A stretch of 64,000 nt of DNA, from contig JBFMAF010000009.1 of assembly GCA_040755995.1 (NCBI GenBank), positions 1-64,000 of the forward strand, in the 5' to 3' direction. This document shows, one piece after another, positions 37,676 through 46,728 of the stretch (its first letter is position 1; each line of letters starts with the position of its first letter). Position numbers and translations under genes: made by a program. The notes beneath the pieces were generated by a model. It worked only from the letters and a program-made list of their open reading frames with translations, was not told the DNA's origin and made no database searches. The stretch is from Acidobacteriota bacterium (GTDB taxonomy: Bacteria; Acidobacteriota; CAIWXX01).

Positions 37676-38988
37676 CACTTCTCCTTCAGAACGCGTCGCA
37701 CCACCGCATCGGCGTATTTGAGCTGCGGAGCGAGATCGAAGCACGCCTCGATCTCCTTGCGTTTCAGAGCCTTTGTAATCCGCCGGTCGCGCAGAATCCG
37801 GCGTTTGAAGCTCGCGGGCTGTCCGTTCGACATCGCCGCCCAGGCGTCCATTGCGTGGCCCTGCACTATCGCATACGCCTCCTCCCGTGACATCCCGGCG
37901 CGCGCAAGCGCCAGCAGGACTTCCTGCGAATAGATCAACCCGCCGGTCAGCTCGAGGTTTCGCGCCATGGTCCGCGGGTAGACCAGCAACCGATCTACGA
38001 CTGTAGTAAATTTCTCCACCAGGTAGTGCGCGAGGATGAACGAATCGGGCAGTATCACGCGTTCCACCGACGAGTGCGAGATGTCGCGTTCGTGCCAGAG
38101 CGGGATGTTCTCGAGCGCGGCCAGGAGATTCGACCTCAGCAGCCGCGCCAATCCGGAGAGCTGTTCGCACTGGATCGGATTCCGCTTGTGGGGCATGGCG
38201 GATGAGCCTTTCTGGCCCGGCTGGAAGTACTCCTCCGCCTCTCGCACCTCGGTCCTCTGCAGGTGGCGGATCTCGGTGGAGAACTTGTCGATGGAGCTTC
38301 CTAGGATCGCCAACGCGGCGAGGACCTCCGCGTGGCGGTCGCGTTGGAGGATCTGGGTGGAGATCGGAGCCGGCTCGAGGCCCAACAGGCGGCACGCATG
38401 TCTCTCGACCTGCGGCGGCACATGGGCGAACGTGCCGACGGCGCCGGAGATCTTCCCGAAGCTTATGTTCTTCCGGGCGTGCTCGAGACGTTCGATGTCG
38501 CGGCCGATCTCCGCGTACCAGACGGCCAGCTTCAACCCGAAGGTGGTGGGCTCGGCGTGGATCCCGTGAGTGCGCCCTATCATCGGCGTGTCGCGGAACT
38601 CCTGCGTGCGGCCCCTCAGAACACGCCGCAGCCTCTGGATGCTCTCCAGAAGCAGGTCGATCGAGTCGCGGATCTGAAGAGCCAGGGCAGTGTCGAGGAC
38701 GTCCGAGCTGGTCATGCCGACGTGGATGTAGCGCGAGTCCGGGCCCACGTTCTCAGCCACAGCCTGCAGGAAGGCGATCACGTCATGCCGGGTCACAGCC
38801 TCGATCTCCGCTATCCGCTCAAGCTCGAACGATGCCTTCCTTCGGATCGTCTCCAGGGCGCTCTTCGGGATTCTGCCGACTACCGTCCAGGCCTCGCATG
38901 CGGCGATCTCCACCTTGAGCCACAGATCGAACCTGGCCTTGTCGGTCCACTTGTCGCCCATCGCGGGCAGCGTGTATCGCGGGATCAT
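37675..38988 (-). CDS. purB: adenylosuccinate lyase
   Basis: MIPRY, RHDV, GRTHGIHAEP, GSSAMPHKRNP, WHERDISHSS. Confidence 0.97.
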   Translation of the reverse strand: MIPRYTLPAMGDKWTDKARFDLWLKVEIAACEAWTVVGRIPKSALETIRRKASFELERIAEIEAVTRHDVIAFLQAVAENVGPDSRYIHVGMTSSDVLDTALALQIRDSIDLLLESIQRLRRVLRGRTQEFRDTPMIGRTHGIHAEPTTFGLKLAVWYAEIGRDIERLEHARKNISFGKISGAVGTFAHVPPQVERHACRLLGLEPAPISTQILQRDRHAEVLAALAILGSSIDKFSTEIRHLQRTEVREAEEYFQPGQKGSSAMPHKRNPIQCEQLSGLARLLRSNLLAALENIPLWHERDISHSSVERVILPDSFILAHYLVEKFTTVVDRLLVYPRTMARNLELTGGLIYSQEVLLALARAGMSREEAYAIVQGHAMDAWAAMSNGQPASFKRRILRDRRITKALKRKEIEACFDLAPQLKYADAVVRRVLKEK

Positions 38989-39021
38989 TGGTCTGCACCC
39001 CCTGAGTTCATTGAGGCCGGA

Positions 39022-40332
39022 TCATGGAGCGAGGTGGAGGTCCAGGGCCTCCAGGTCGATGTCGTTCTTGCCGCCAAGGATGACCAGCGACGTGTCCTCC
39101 GTGCGGAACAGCCGCCGGGCCAGGTCCACCATCTGGTCGAGCGTGACACGCTCAATCGACTCGAGTACCTCCTCCGGCGTGAACTGCCGTCCGAAGTAGA
39201 GCTCGTTGAGCGCGAGGCTGGCCATGCGGGCCGAGGAACTCTCCAGCCCCAGCATGAGCCCGCCTTTGAGGTGCGCCTTGGAGTCATCCAGCTCCTCCTG
39301 GTCGATCTCCCTTCTCAGCAGCTTCCCGATCTCGTCCATGGTCAAACGGACCACGCGTGAGACCTCGCTCGGATCGACCGCCGTGTAGATGGTCACGGTG
39401 CCGACGTCGTGGAAGCTGGTGACGTAGGAGAAGATCGAGTAGGCAAGGCCCCACTTTTCCCGGATGTTCTGAAACAGGCGGCTGCTCATGCTGCCGCCGA
39501 GCATGTTGTTCAGCAGGAACAGAGCGAAGCGGTCTTCGTGCGAGCGGTGCAGCCCCGGGAACCCGATGTTGATGTGAGTCTGCTCGAGGTCGTTCTTGCG
39601 CACGAACAGCCTGCCGGGATGAGGCGTCGGCCGAGCGCCGTTGGAAGGAGCCGGGGAGCTCTGCGACGGGAATTGCCTACTGAAGTATTCGACCAGGAAA
39701 TTGTGCTCGACGTTGCCGGCGGCTGAGACGACCAGATTCGCCGGCACGTAGCTGTCCCGGAAGAACTCGCTGATGCGCCGCCGTCCCAACGCGGCAACGC
39801 TCGCGTTGGTGCCGAGTATCGACCGTCCCAGCGGGTGATCCTGGAAGTAGGTCTGGTAGTAGACCTCGCCTATGTAGTCATCGGGGTTGTCCTGCGTCGA
39901 CTTGATCTCCTCGAATATGACCCGGCGCTCGTTCTCGATCTCGCCGGGATCGAACGCGGGACGCGTGAGGATGTCTGTCAGCAGATCGAGAGCCACCGGC
40001 AGGTGCTCGTCCATCACCTTCACCGAGAAAGTGGCGAACTCCTTCGAGGTCGACGCGTCCGTCATGCCGCCCGTGCGGTCGATCGTGCGCGCGATGTCCT
40101 TGTATGACCGCCTCTCCGTCCCCTTGAAGACCAGGTGCTCGATGAAATGCGAGATCCCCGCCTCCTCATCCGACTCGTGCCGCGAGCCCTTCTTCAGCCA
40201 GATGCCGACCGTCGCCGACCGAAGGTGCTCCATCTTCTCGCTCACCACGGTGAGCCCCGCGGGCAGCACAGTCTTCTTGTAGCGGAAGCTCTTCGTGTCG
40301 GAGGACGGGCTGTCCATCAGCCCAACAGACAT
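39022..40332 (-). CDS. M16 family (pitrilysin-like) zinc peptidase
   Basis: HFIEH inverted zinc motif; LGGSMSSRLFQNIREKWGLAYSI. Confidence 0.93.
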   Translation of the reverse strand: MSVGLMDSPSSDTKSFRYKKTVLPAGLTVVSEKMEHLRSATVGIWLKKGSRHESDEEAGISHFIEHLVFKGTERRSYKDIARTIDRTGGMTDASTSKEFATFSVKVMDEHLPVALDLLTDILTRPAFDPGEIENERRVIFEEIKSTQDNPDDYIGEVYYQTYFQDHPLGRSILGTNASVAALGRRRISEFFRDSYVPANLVVSAAGNVEHNFLVEYFSRQFPSQSSPAPSNGARPTPHPGRLFVRKNDLEQTHINIGFPGLHRSHEDRFALFLLNNMLGGSMSSRLFQNIREKWGLAYSIFSYVTSFHDVGTVTIYTAVDPSEVSRVVRLTMDEIGKLLRREIDQEELDDSKAHLKGGLMLGLESSSARMASLALNELYFGRQFTPEEVLESIERVTLDQMVDLARRLFRTEDTSLVILGGKNDIDLEALDLHLAP

Positions 40333-40454
40333 CCCGCCGGCCGGGCCCGGCCCAAGGCTCCGATCCCCCGGCGCCCTCTATCCATACCCTTGAACTTCGA
40401 AACTTAGCACAGCACTGCCGGTGGTTTCAACATGAGCATGAGCAAGCAGCTTTC

Positions 40455-40642
40455 TTTCTCCCCACGCCCGCGTGCTCAACGTCGGGGACGGAGCCATCAG
40501 GAGCTGAGAGACAAGGGGACCTGTGCGCCATCCGGAAGCCACACGGGTAACTGGAGTGCCTGAGGAAACCGGGAGGCAATCGACGGTCACCACCTTGAAG
40601 CCGGCTTCTGCGCCAAGTATCATCTGGAAGGAGGGGGAAGAG
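40455..40642 (+). ncRNA. possible 6S RNA
   Basis: About 185-nt intergenic stretch; termini TCTCCCC/GGGGGAAGA can pair; GGAGCC...GGCTTC pairing and CACCACCTTGAA resemble the 6S central bubble. Confidence 0.45.
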
Positions 40643-40778
40643 ACCGGGACTAGCTGGAAATCAGTCGAAGATTGGTCAACCTTCCATATTCGATCGTATC
40701 AACGCGGGAGAAAGGAGTGCGGGAATCTTGCGCTCCGAGTGTTGGACCGATCGTCAACAAATCAAAAGGAGAACACAG

Positions 40779-41183
40779 ATGCTAGGCGAGAATCTTGGTA
40801 CGGAAACGGGCAAGGTGACGTCGCAAAGAGTGCTGCCGAATCCTGGTGGTGGTCCCAAGATGGAAACCTCGTTCCAGGGCACTGGGACAATACTCGGCGT
40901 GCCCACGACGGATGTCGGCACATACTGGTCCGTTCTTCGCCCAGATGGGACGTTATACGGGGAAGGACAAGGCGTCCTGATGGGCAAAGGCGGCGAGGTG
41001 GCCACGTGGGTGGGCCAAGGAGTCGGCACGTTCAAGAAGGACGGTGCGATCAGCTATCGAGGTGCCATCTACTATCAGACTGCCTCTTCCAGATTGTCCC
41101 GTCTGAACGGCGTCGCCGTCGTCTTCGAGTACGAGATAGACGGCCAGGGCAACACGCGATCAGAGGTGTGGGAATGGAAGTAG
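40779..41183 (+). CDS. hypothetical beta-rich protein
   Basis: AAGGAG RBS; Gly/aromatic beta-strand pattern; ends VWEWK. Confidence 0.75.
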   Translation: MLGENLGTETGKVTSQRVLPNPGGGPKMETSFQGTGTILGVPTTDVGTYWSVLRPDGTLYGEGQGVLMGKGGEVATWVGQGVGTFKKDGAISYRGAIYYQTASSRLSRLNGVAVVFEYEIDGQGNTRSEVWEWK

Positions 41184-41227
41184 CGGTAACGCGCTGACGC
41201 CCCAACTATAGACACGACGCACGGGCG

Positions 41228-41300
41228 GCCTGACATCCGAATGGAGCCGTCGCGCCGACTGCCGAGGGATGTCGCAGCGGCGCGCGGCCCGTTCGGAGGC
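41228..41300 (+). other. degenerate attC-like hairpin
   Basis: CCGAATGGAGCCGTCGCGCCG pairs with CGGCGCGCGGCCCGTTCGG leaving two unpaired bases on one arm; preceded by GCCTGAC (near RYYYAAC). Confidence 0.4.
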
Positions 41301-41392
41301 ACGCGCGGAACCTCGAATACAACTTCACTACCCTCGCCGGCACCAGCAAATGGGTGTCGCACGATTCGTACCAGCGTATCGGCCCAGCTCCT

Positions 41393-41806
41393 CTATTGCG
41401 ACTCCATCGGCATCATTCGGACTCTGCCGGCGTCAGCAGCAATCTCGATCGCGATGATCTTCTGCGATGATTTCTCCGGAGGCCAACCCACGACTTCGGC
41501 GTGGTTCGCGTTTCGATCGACGGGGGCGGGGATCACTCGCAGCCGGTGCCTTTCGAAGCTGGACGCTTGAAGGTCCGCGCGGGCCAGCACAGGTTTCCCG
41601 CGCTGCCGGGCGATATCCTGCCCTATGTTCCAGAGGTCGGCCTCGGTCAATCGGAGGTGCCGTGTCACGGACAGGCCGGTATGAGGGAATGGTACAAACT
41701 CGTCGGCCTTTAGCGTACCGTCATGTCGGATTCGGTTTCGAAAGAAGACGAACCGGGCCAGCCACTCGCCGGATGCCACGGGCGGCATCGACACGGATTC
41801 GCTCAT
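41393..41806 (-). CDS. putative ADP-ribosyltransferase-fold toxin
   Basis: EWLARF (strand-1 Arg), FVP, LSVTR (strand-2 Ser), NANHAEVVGWP; coupled to upstream gene. Confidence 0.6.
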   Translation of the reverse strand: MSESVSMPPVASGEWLARFVFFRNRIRHDGTLKADEFVPFPHTGLSVTRHLRLTEADLWNIGQDIARQRGKPVLARADLQASSFERHRLRVIPAPVDRNANHAEVVGWPPEKSSQKIIAIEIAADAGRVRMMPMESQ

Positions 41807-42300
41807 TTCGTCGTGACGCGACGGATCAGGTCCAGCACAATTGCGGGTGACTCACCGAGGAAGGGCTCAGAGCCGAAGCTCTTGCTGGCTCCAAGCAGGG
41901 CCGCATAGTGGATCTCTCCGTCAGGCGTTATGCTCACAGACAGCGTCCGTCTTGGGCCACCGTACCACTCCATCGTGATGTGGCCGTCGGCCTCGGCCCC
42001 AAAGGATGGGCCCGGAGCGCCCAGAGGCAGTGCCTCAAGGAACTCACGCGCCTGTTCGTAAGTCGCCTCTGATACCGGCGCTGCTCCATGTCCGTCCCAA
42101 CCTGCGTTCTGACATTCCTCGTACACGCGAAACAGCTCATGAAAGCCCATAGCGCCGCGCGAATCAAGGGCCAGCGACTCGAGGAGGTGAGACCATCCTA
42201 GTCGCATCTCCTTGCCAACCAATATGGCCACGTCGCTCATTGCTCGCGAGTGTACCGCGCGGTGAGAGCTCGGACTCGATTCGGACGCCCCAACTATCAT
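41803..42300 (-). CDS. hypothetical protein (WDGxxAxP motif), candidate antitoxin
   Basis: GWDGHGAAPVS...DGHITMEW; 4-nt overlaps with both neighbours. Confidence 0.7.
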   Translation of the reverse strand: MIVGASESSPSSHRAVHSRAMSDVAILVGKEMRLGWSHLLESLALDSRGAMGFHELFRVYEECQNAGWDGHGAAPVSEATYEQAREFLEALPLGAPGPSFGAEADGHITMEWYGGPRRTLSVSITPDGEIHYAALLGASKSFGSEPFLGESPAIVLDLIRRVTTK

Positions 42301-43085
42301 TGATATGCCTCCAGCGCACGATCGGTCAGGCTCCCGAAGAAGACCTTGTTCTTGACCCAGCGCATCTCCTGCAGTCGCGCCAGCAACACGGAATCGTCGA
42401 GCGCGGACTCTTGAGTCGTAAATACGTCAATATCGATGATCAACGAAATCCCCAGGACATCCCCGCCGACCGGCCGCTGGACCGTGCGAACTACAGAGAC
42501 CGCATAGGGGTGCCCAGGTACTGCCAACAAATCACGATGCAGAAAACTCGCGAAGGGCAGATGCAGGTCATGTGGCGGCGCTGGCGCCGGCTGAATGTAT
42601 TCTTCAAATCGCAATTCGCCCTGCGGTAGCTTGATGCGATTGACGAAACGCACCCCGACCCTCTGTATGCTGAGCGGATCGGCGATTCCTACGAAAATCC
42701 TCCAAAGACGGAGCGCCTCCCCCTCGAGTTGAGCCCAATTGACGTACGGCTCCAATCGGCTCATGACGAACCCATCCCGATTGAACCGGGCGACCTGCCT
42801 GGCGTCGCCAGATCGGAACCGCAGTCCCTTCCATCCGAGATCTCTCGCCGCCTGACGAGGCAGCGTCCCTCGCTCCATGGTCGTCTCGTGCTCCAACTCT
42901 CTCTGAGAATCCAGGAGCTCGTATTGTCCCTGGAGCTGAGGCTGGAGTTGGGAACGCACGGCGCTTTCCTCCCACGCACGGGAGGCACGCGCTCTGATGT
43001 CGATCACGGCTTCTACGATCGGTGCTTGCGACAGATGCGGAAAAGCCTCGTTGATATCGATCGAGACCAGCTTGGCGACGGACAT
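42297..43085 (-). CDS. TIGR04255 family protein
   Basis: AGGAGG RBS; LSQAPIVEAVIDIR, RLEPYVNW, RVGVRFVNRI, IIDIDVF, KNKVFFGSLT. Confidence 0.8.
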   Translation of the reverse strand: MSVAKLVSIDINEAFPHLSQAPIVEAVIDIRARASRAWEESAVRSQLQPQLQGQYELLDSQRELEHETTMERGTLPRQAARDLGWKGLRFRSGDARQVARFNRDGFVMSRLEPYVNWAQLEGEALRLWRIFVGIADPLSIQRVGVRFVNRIKLPQGELRFEEYIQPAPAPPHDLHLPFASFLHRDLLAVPGHPYAVSVVRTVQRPVGGDVLGISLIIDIDVFTTQESALDDSVLLARLQEMRWVKNKVFFGSLTDRALEAYQ

Positions 43086-43408
43086 CCGGAGTATCCTCCT
43101 TCTTGATCCTATCACAGCACAAGCACCAATCGTGACCTGCCGCATGGCACATTGGCACGTGCGGCCGATGTGGCGGGCAGGCCGTCAGATAACAAGCCGC
43201 GCTCCCGGGGTTGGAGTGGCTGACCCCAAGATGTGGTGGTTGACGTGGGCATGGTGGTCAGTCGGAGGAGGGCCAAGCCATGGGGTAGAGGTCGAGCGCA
43301 GCGCAGTAGCTCACGGCTCCGAAGAGCGGCCACACTCCTGGCATTCTTCGCAATCCTCAGCCTACTCATGTGGAGACCTACCTGGTAAGACATCAAGGGG
43401 CACGCAAC

Positions 43409-44707
43409 CTAGCCGGCGCCTGCCGCAATCAGCTTCGCTGCGCCGACCAGGTAGAGTGAGCCGCTGATCATGATCAGGCCGCCGGGTGGCACGGCGATCT
43501 GCTGGTAGCGCCATGTGGGTCCCGGACCGATGATGCGCGGCAGGTCGGGCTCGATTGAGCAGGGGACGGCCAGGTCTCTCGTGATCTCCTCGATCATCTC
43601 TGGCGGCGCGGCCCGCGGGTTCCTTACGGCCGTGAGCACGACGGCATCGAATGCGGGAAACAGCGCCTCGGCGATCATGCGGATCTTCTTGTCCTTCATG
43701 CATCCGAAGACCAGCACCCGCGGGCTCCGATCGAGACTCTTAGTGAAGGTTGCAGCTGTGGCGGCTCCCGCCGGGTTGTGGCAGCCATCCAGGTAGATGT
43801 CAGGGGCACGCGCAACGAGCTCGAGCCTGCCGGGCCACGAGCATGACTCGATGCCAGCTCGGACCGTAGACGAATTGATCCCGAACGCCCCCAGCCTCCG
43901 GCACGCATCCAACACCAGCGCGGCGTTCGAGACCTGATGGGCCCCGGCCAGCGGCAGGCCAATCCATGGCGCGCTCGCATCTGCGCGCACGCTGTAGCGG
44001 CCGTCTGGTCCGCAGGCACACTCGGGCAAAGGGGGCGGAAACTCCAGAGGTGCGCCGATCGCGGCGGCCTGCCTCCGCAGCTCCCCGGCGACCTCTGCGC
44101 TCTGCTCAGCGCTAATGGCGGGAATGCCGGCTCGCATGATTCCGGCCTTCTCAGATGCGATCTCGGCGAGCGAGCTGCCCAGATAGTCCTCGTGGTCATG
44201 GCTGATGGAGGTGATCACCGAGAGGATTGGATCAACTACGTTGGTGGCGTCGAACCGCCCACCCATGCCCACTTCGAGGACGGCAATGTCACAGCGGCTC
44301 CTCTTGAAGTACAGGAAGGCGGCTATCGTAACAGCCTCGAAGTACGTCGGCTGCCGTTCGATCTCACCAGCCCGCAGCAACGCCTCCGATGCATCTTCGA
44401 TCTCGTCGAGGAGCGCCGAGAGAGCGGCGTGATCGATGTCGGAGTTCTTCATTCGAATCCTCTCGGTCACGTCCACGAGATGCGGCGATGTATAGAGTCC
44501 CGCATTCAATCCGGTGGAGGTGAGCACGCTATGGAGCATAGCCGAGCAGGATCCCTTGCCATTGGTACCGGCGACGAGGACCGCCGGTGTCGTCTGCGGA
44601 TGGCCGAAGTGCCGGCACAGGCGTCGAGTCGTCTCCAGACCGGGCCGGATGCCGAATCTGTCGAGCCGGTCCAGGTAGCGCTGAGCGCTCGTCGAGAGGC
44701 TGCTGAT
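43409..44707 (-). CDS. folC: folylpolyglutamate synthase/dihydrofolate synthase
   Basis: FGIRPGL, VAGTNGKGS, YTSPHL, LEVGMGGRFDATN, WPGRLE, DGCHNP, GSLYLVG; no canonical start upstream of the conserved N-terminus, ATC at 44707 proposed. Confidence 0.9.
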   Translation of the reverse strand: MSSLSTSAQRYLDRLDRFGIRPGLETTRRLCRHFGHPQTTPAVLVAGTNGKGSCSAMLHSVLTSTGLNAGLYTSPHLVDVTERIRMKNSDIDHAALSALLDEIEDASEALLRAGEIERQPTYFEAVTIAAFLYFKRSRCDIAVLEVGMGGRFDATNVVDPILSVITSISHDHEDYLGSSLAEIASEKAGIMRAGIPAISAEQSAEVAGELRRQAAAIGAPLEFPPPLPECACGPDGRYSVRADASAPWIGLPLAGAHQVSNAALVLDACRRLGAFGINSSTVRAGIESCSWPGRLELVARAPDIYLDGCHNPAGAATAATFTKSLDRSPRVLVFGCMKDKKIRMIAEALFPAFDAVVLTAVRNPRAAPPEMIEEITRDLAVPCSIEPDLPRIIGPGPTWRYQQIAVPPGGLIMISGSLYLVGAAKLIAAGAG

Positions 44708-44725
44708 CGCCGACCTGCCGGTGCG

Positions 44726-45562
44726 CTAGCTGAGCCAGCGCAATGTTTCGATGAGGTAGTCGCGCATCTGTGGGCGCGACACGATCGCATCCAGCATGCC
44801 GTGCTCCAGCAGAAACTCCGCGCGCTGGAACCCTTCCGGCAGCTTCCGTCGTATCGTCTGCTCGATGACGCGCGGCCCCGCGAACCCGATCAGCGCCTTC
44901 GGCTCCGCGATGTTCAGATCGCCCAGCATCGAGAAGCTCGCCGTGACACCACCCGTGGTCGGATCCGTCAGGATCGAGATATACGGGATGCGGGCTTCGT
45001 CCAGTCGAGCCAGGCTTGATGATATCTTCGCAAGCTGCATGAGCGACAGCACACCCTCCATCATCCGCGCCCCGCCGCTCTGCGAGATCAGAATCAGCGG
45101 CTTCTTCTCTGCGAGCGACAACTCGATCGCACGCGTCACCTTCTCCCCGACAACCGACCCCATGCTCCCGCCGATGAAATCGTACTCCATGCACCCGACG
45201 ATGACCGGGATCTGCCCGATCGAACCGCGAGCGGTGACGAACGCCTCGAGATGTCCGGTGGCCTCGAACGCGGCCTTCAGCCGGGCCTTGTAGGGTTTCA
45301 AGTCGACGAAGTCCAGAGGGTCGGCCGGCGCGATGTTCGCATCCACCTCCTCATACTTCGCCCCGTCCAGGAGAAGCATCAAGCGTTCCTTCGCGTCGAT
45401 GCGGAAGTGGTACTGGCACTTGGGGCAGACGTTCAGGTTCCGCTCCATGTCCTTCTTGAAGATCACCTCCCGGCAATTGTTGCAGCGTACCCATAGCCCT
45501 TCGGGCACCCGCTTCTCACGCGCAGAGTCAGCCGGTATGCGCGGCCGCTTGTCCTGGTCCAT
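44726..45562 (-). CDS. accD: acetyl-CoA carboxylase carboxyltransferase beta subunit
   Basis: GLWVRCNNC...VCPKC zinc finger; FIGGSMG; SGGARMMEG; PTTGGVTASF; FAGPRVI. Confidence 0.96.
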   Translation of the reverse strand: MDQDKRPRIPADSAREKRVPEGLWVRCNNCREVIFKKDMERNLNVCPKCQYHFRIDAKERLMLLLDGAKYEEVDANIAPADPLDFVDLKPYKARLKAAFEATGHLEAFVTARGSIGQIPVIVGCMEYDFIGGSMGSVVGEKVTRAIELSLAEKKPLILISQSGGARMMEGVLSLMQLAKISSSLARLDEARIPYISILTDPTTGGVTASFSMLGDLNIAEPKALIGFAGPRVIEQTIRRKLPEGFQRAEFLLEHGMLDAIVSRPQMRDYLIETLRWLS

Positions 45563-45599
45563 CGGTTTCCTTTCGCAATGCTCACAATTACCATAGCCA

Positions 45600-45682
45600 G
45601 GGCAAAATGCAAAATGAAAAAGGCAAAGTGCAAAGTGCGGAGAGACCCGCGCCGGTGCAGAATGCAGAAGGCAGAACGACAG
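45600..45682. repeat. degenerate 7-mer tandem arrays in the accD/oppD divergent region
   Basis: GCAAAAT GCAAAAT GAAAAAG GCAAAGT GCAAAGT ... GCAGAAT GCAGAAG GCAGAAC. Confidence 0.7.
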
Positions 45683-45792
45683 AGGCGGCGAGCCGCCGAG
45701 TGGAGCGATTCGGCTGCTCCATGGTACCATGCCCTGTCGACGCGATGGGCAGGAGGCCGTCTTCGCGCGCCGTCGCGCGTGGTATAGCGATC

Positions 45793-46728
45793 TTGAGCCA
45801 CAAAGAGGAGCTGCTTGCAGTGCGCGACCTCACGGTCTCCGTGCGGACACCCCGCGGCATCGCGAGGCCGATTCGAGGCGTCAACCTGGAGATTCATGTG
45901 GGCGAGGCGGTAGGCCTCGTCGGTGAGAGCGGATGCGGAAAGTCCACACTCGCAGCCGCAGCCGTGCGGCTGCTGCCGTCGGAGTGGGCGATCGGAGGCG
46001 AGATCCGGTGGCGCGGGACGAATGTAATGGAGTTGGAGGCGGAAGAGTTACGCCGCATCCGCGGCGGCGACATCGGGATGGTCTTCCAGGACCCGCTCGG
46101 CGCGCTGGATCCGCTCATGAAGGTCGGCGCCCAGATCTCGGAAGCGCTTCGAGCTCACGCGGTCGATGATCACGGACGCAGACGGACCAGGGAGCTGCTC
46201 AGCATGGTCTCGCTCGGTGAGGGCGTCGAATCGTTGTACCCGCATCAGCTGAGCGGGGGGATGCGGCAGCGGGTCATGATCGCGATCGCTCTTGCCGCCG
46301 GGCCGTCGCTGCTGTTGGCCGACGAGCCCGTTTCGGCGCTTGACGCTCCACTTCAGTCTCAGCTTGTGGATCTCCTCGCCGATCTCCAACGAAGGCTCTC
46401 GCTCTCACTCCTCCTCATCTCCCACGACCTCGCACTCGTCGGCCGCGCGTGCTCCCGGATCGTGGTCATGTACGCCGGACAGGTCGTCGAGGTGGGTCCG
46501 AGCGAGAAGCTTCTGGCTGCGCCTCTGCACCCATATACTTCCATGCTTCTGCGGGCCGGCTGCATGGAGGGGCCGGCCGGTCGCGAATCTCCGCACCACC
46601 TCGTCGATGAAGAGGAACTTTGCGCGTTCCATCCGAGGTGTACGAGCCCGCTACCCTGCTGTGTGGACCAGTCTCCCCGCCTCGTGGAATCCGACGGAAG
46701 ACTCTGCCGCTGTCATCTCAATGCTTGA
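45793..46728 (+). CDS. oligopeptide/dipeptide ABC transporter ATPase (OppD/DppD-like)
   Basis: GESGCGKST, FQDP, YPHQLSGGMRQR, ADEP, HPYT, C-terminal Cys motif; TTG start inferred. Confidence 0.9.
   Translation: MSHKEELLAVRDLTVSVRTPRGIARPIRGVNLEIHVGEAVGLVGESGCGKSTLAAAAVRLLPSEWAIGGEIRWRGTNVMELEAEELRRIRGGDIGMVFQDPLGALDPLMKVGAQISEALRAHAVDDHGRRRTRELLSMVSLGEGVESLYPHQLSGGMRQRVMIAIALAAGPSLLLADEPVSALDAPLQSQLVDLLADLQRRLSLSLLLISHDLALVGRACSRIVVMYAGQVVEVGPSEKLLAAPLHPYTSMLLRAGCMEGPAGRESPHHLVDEEELCAFHPRCTSPLPCCVDQSPRLVESDGRLCRCHLNA

Noticed and set aside
32908..39360. Long plus-strand ORFs (e.g. 32908-34734, 35505-36701, 38332-39360)
   Set aside because: Antisense shadows of pur genes, expected in high-GC DNA
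44506..44790. Frameshift in folC
   Set aside because: The conserved N-terminus is in the same frame as the rest; the issue is the start codon, not a frameshift
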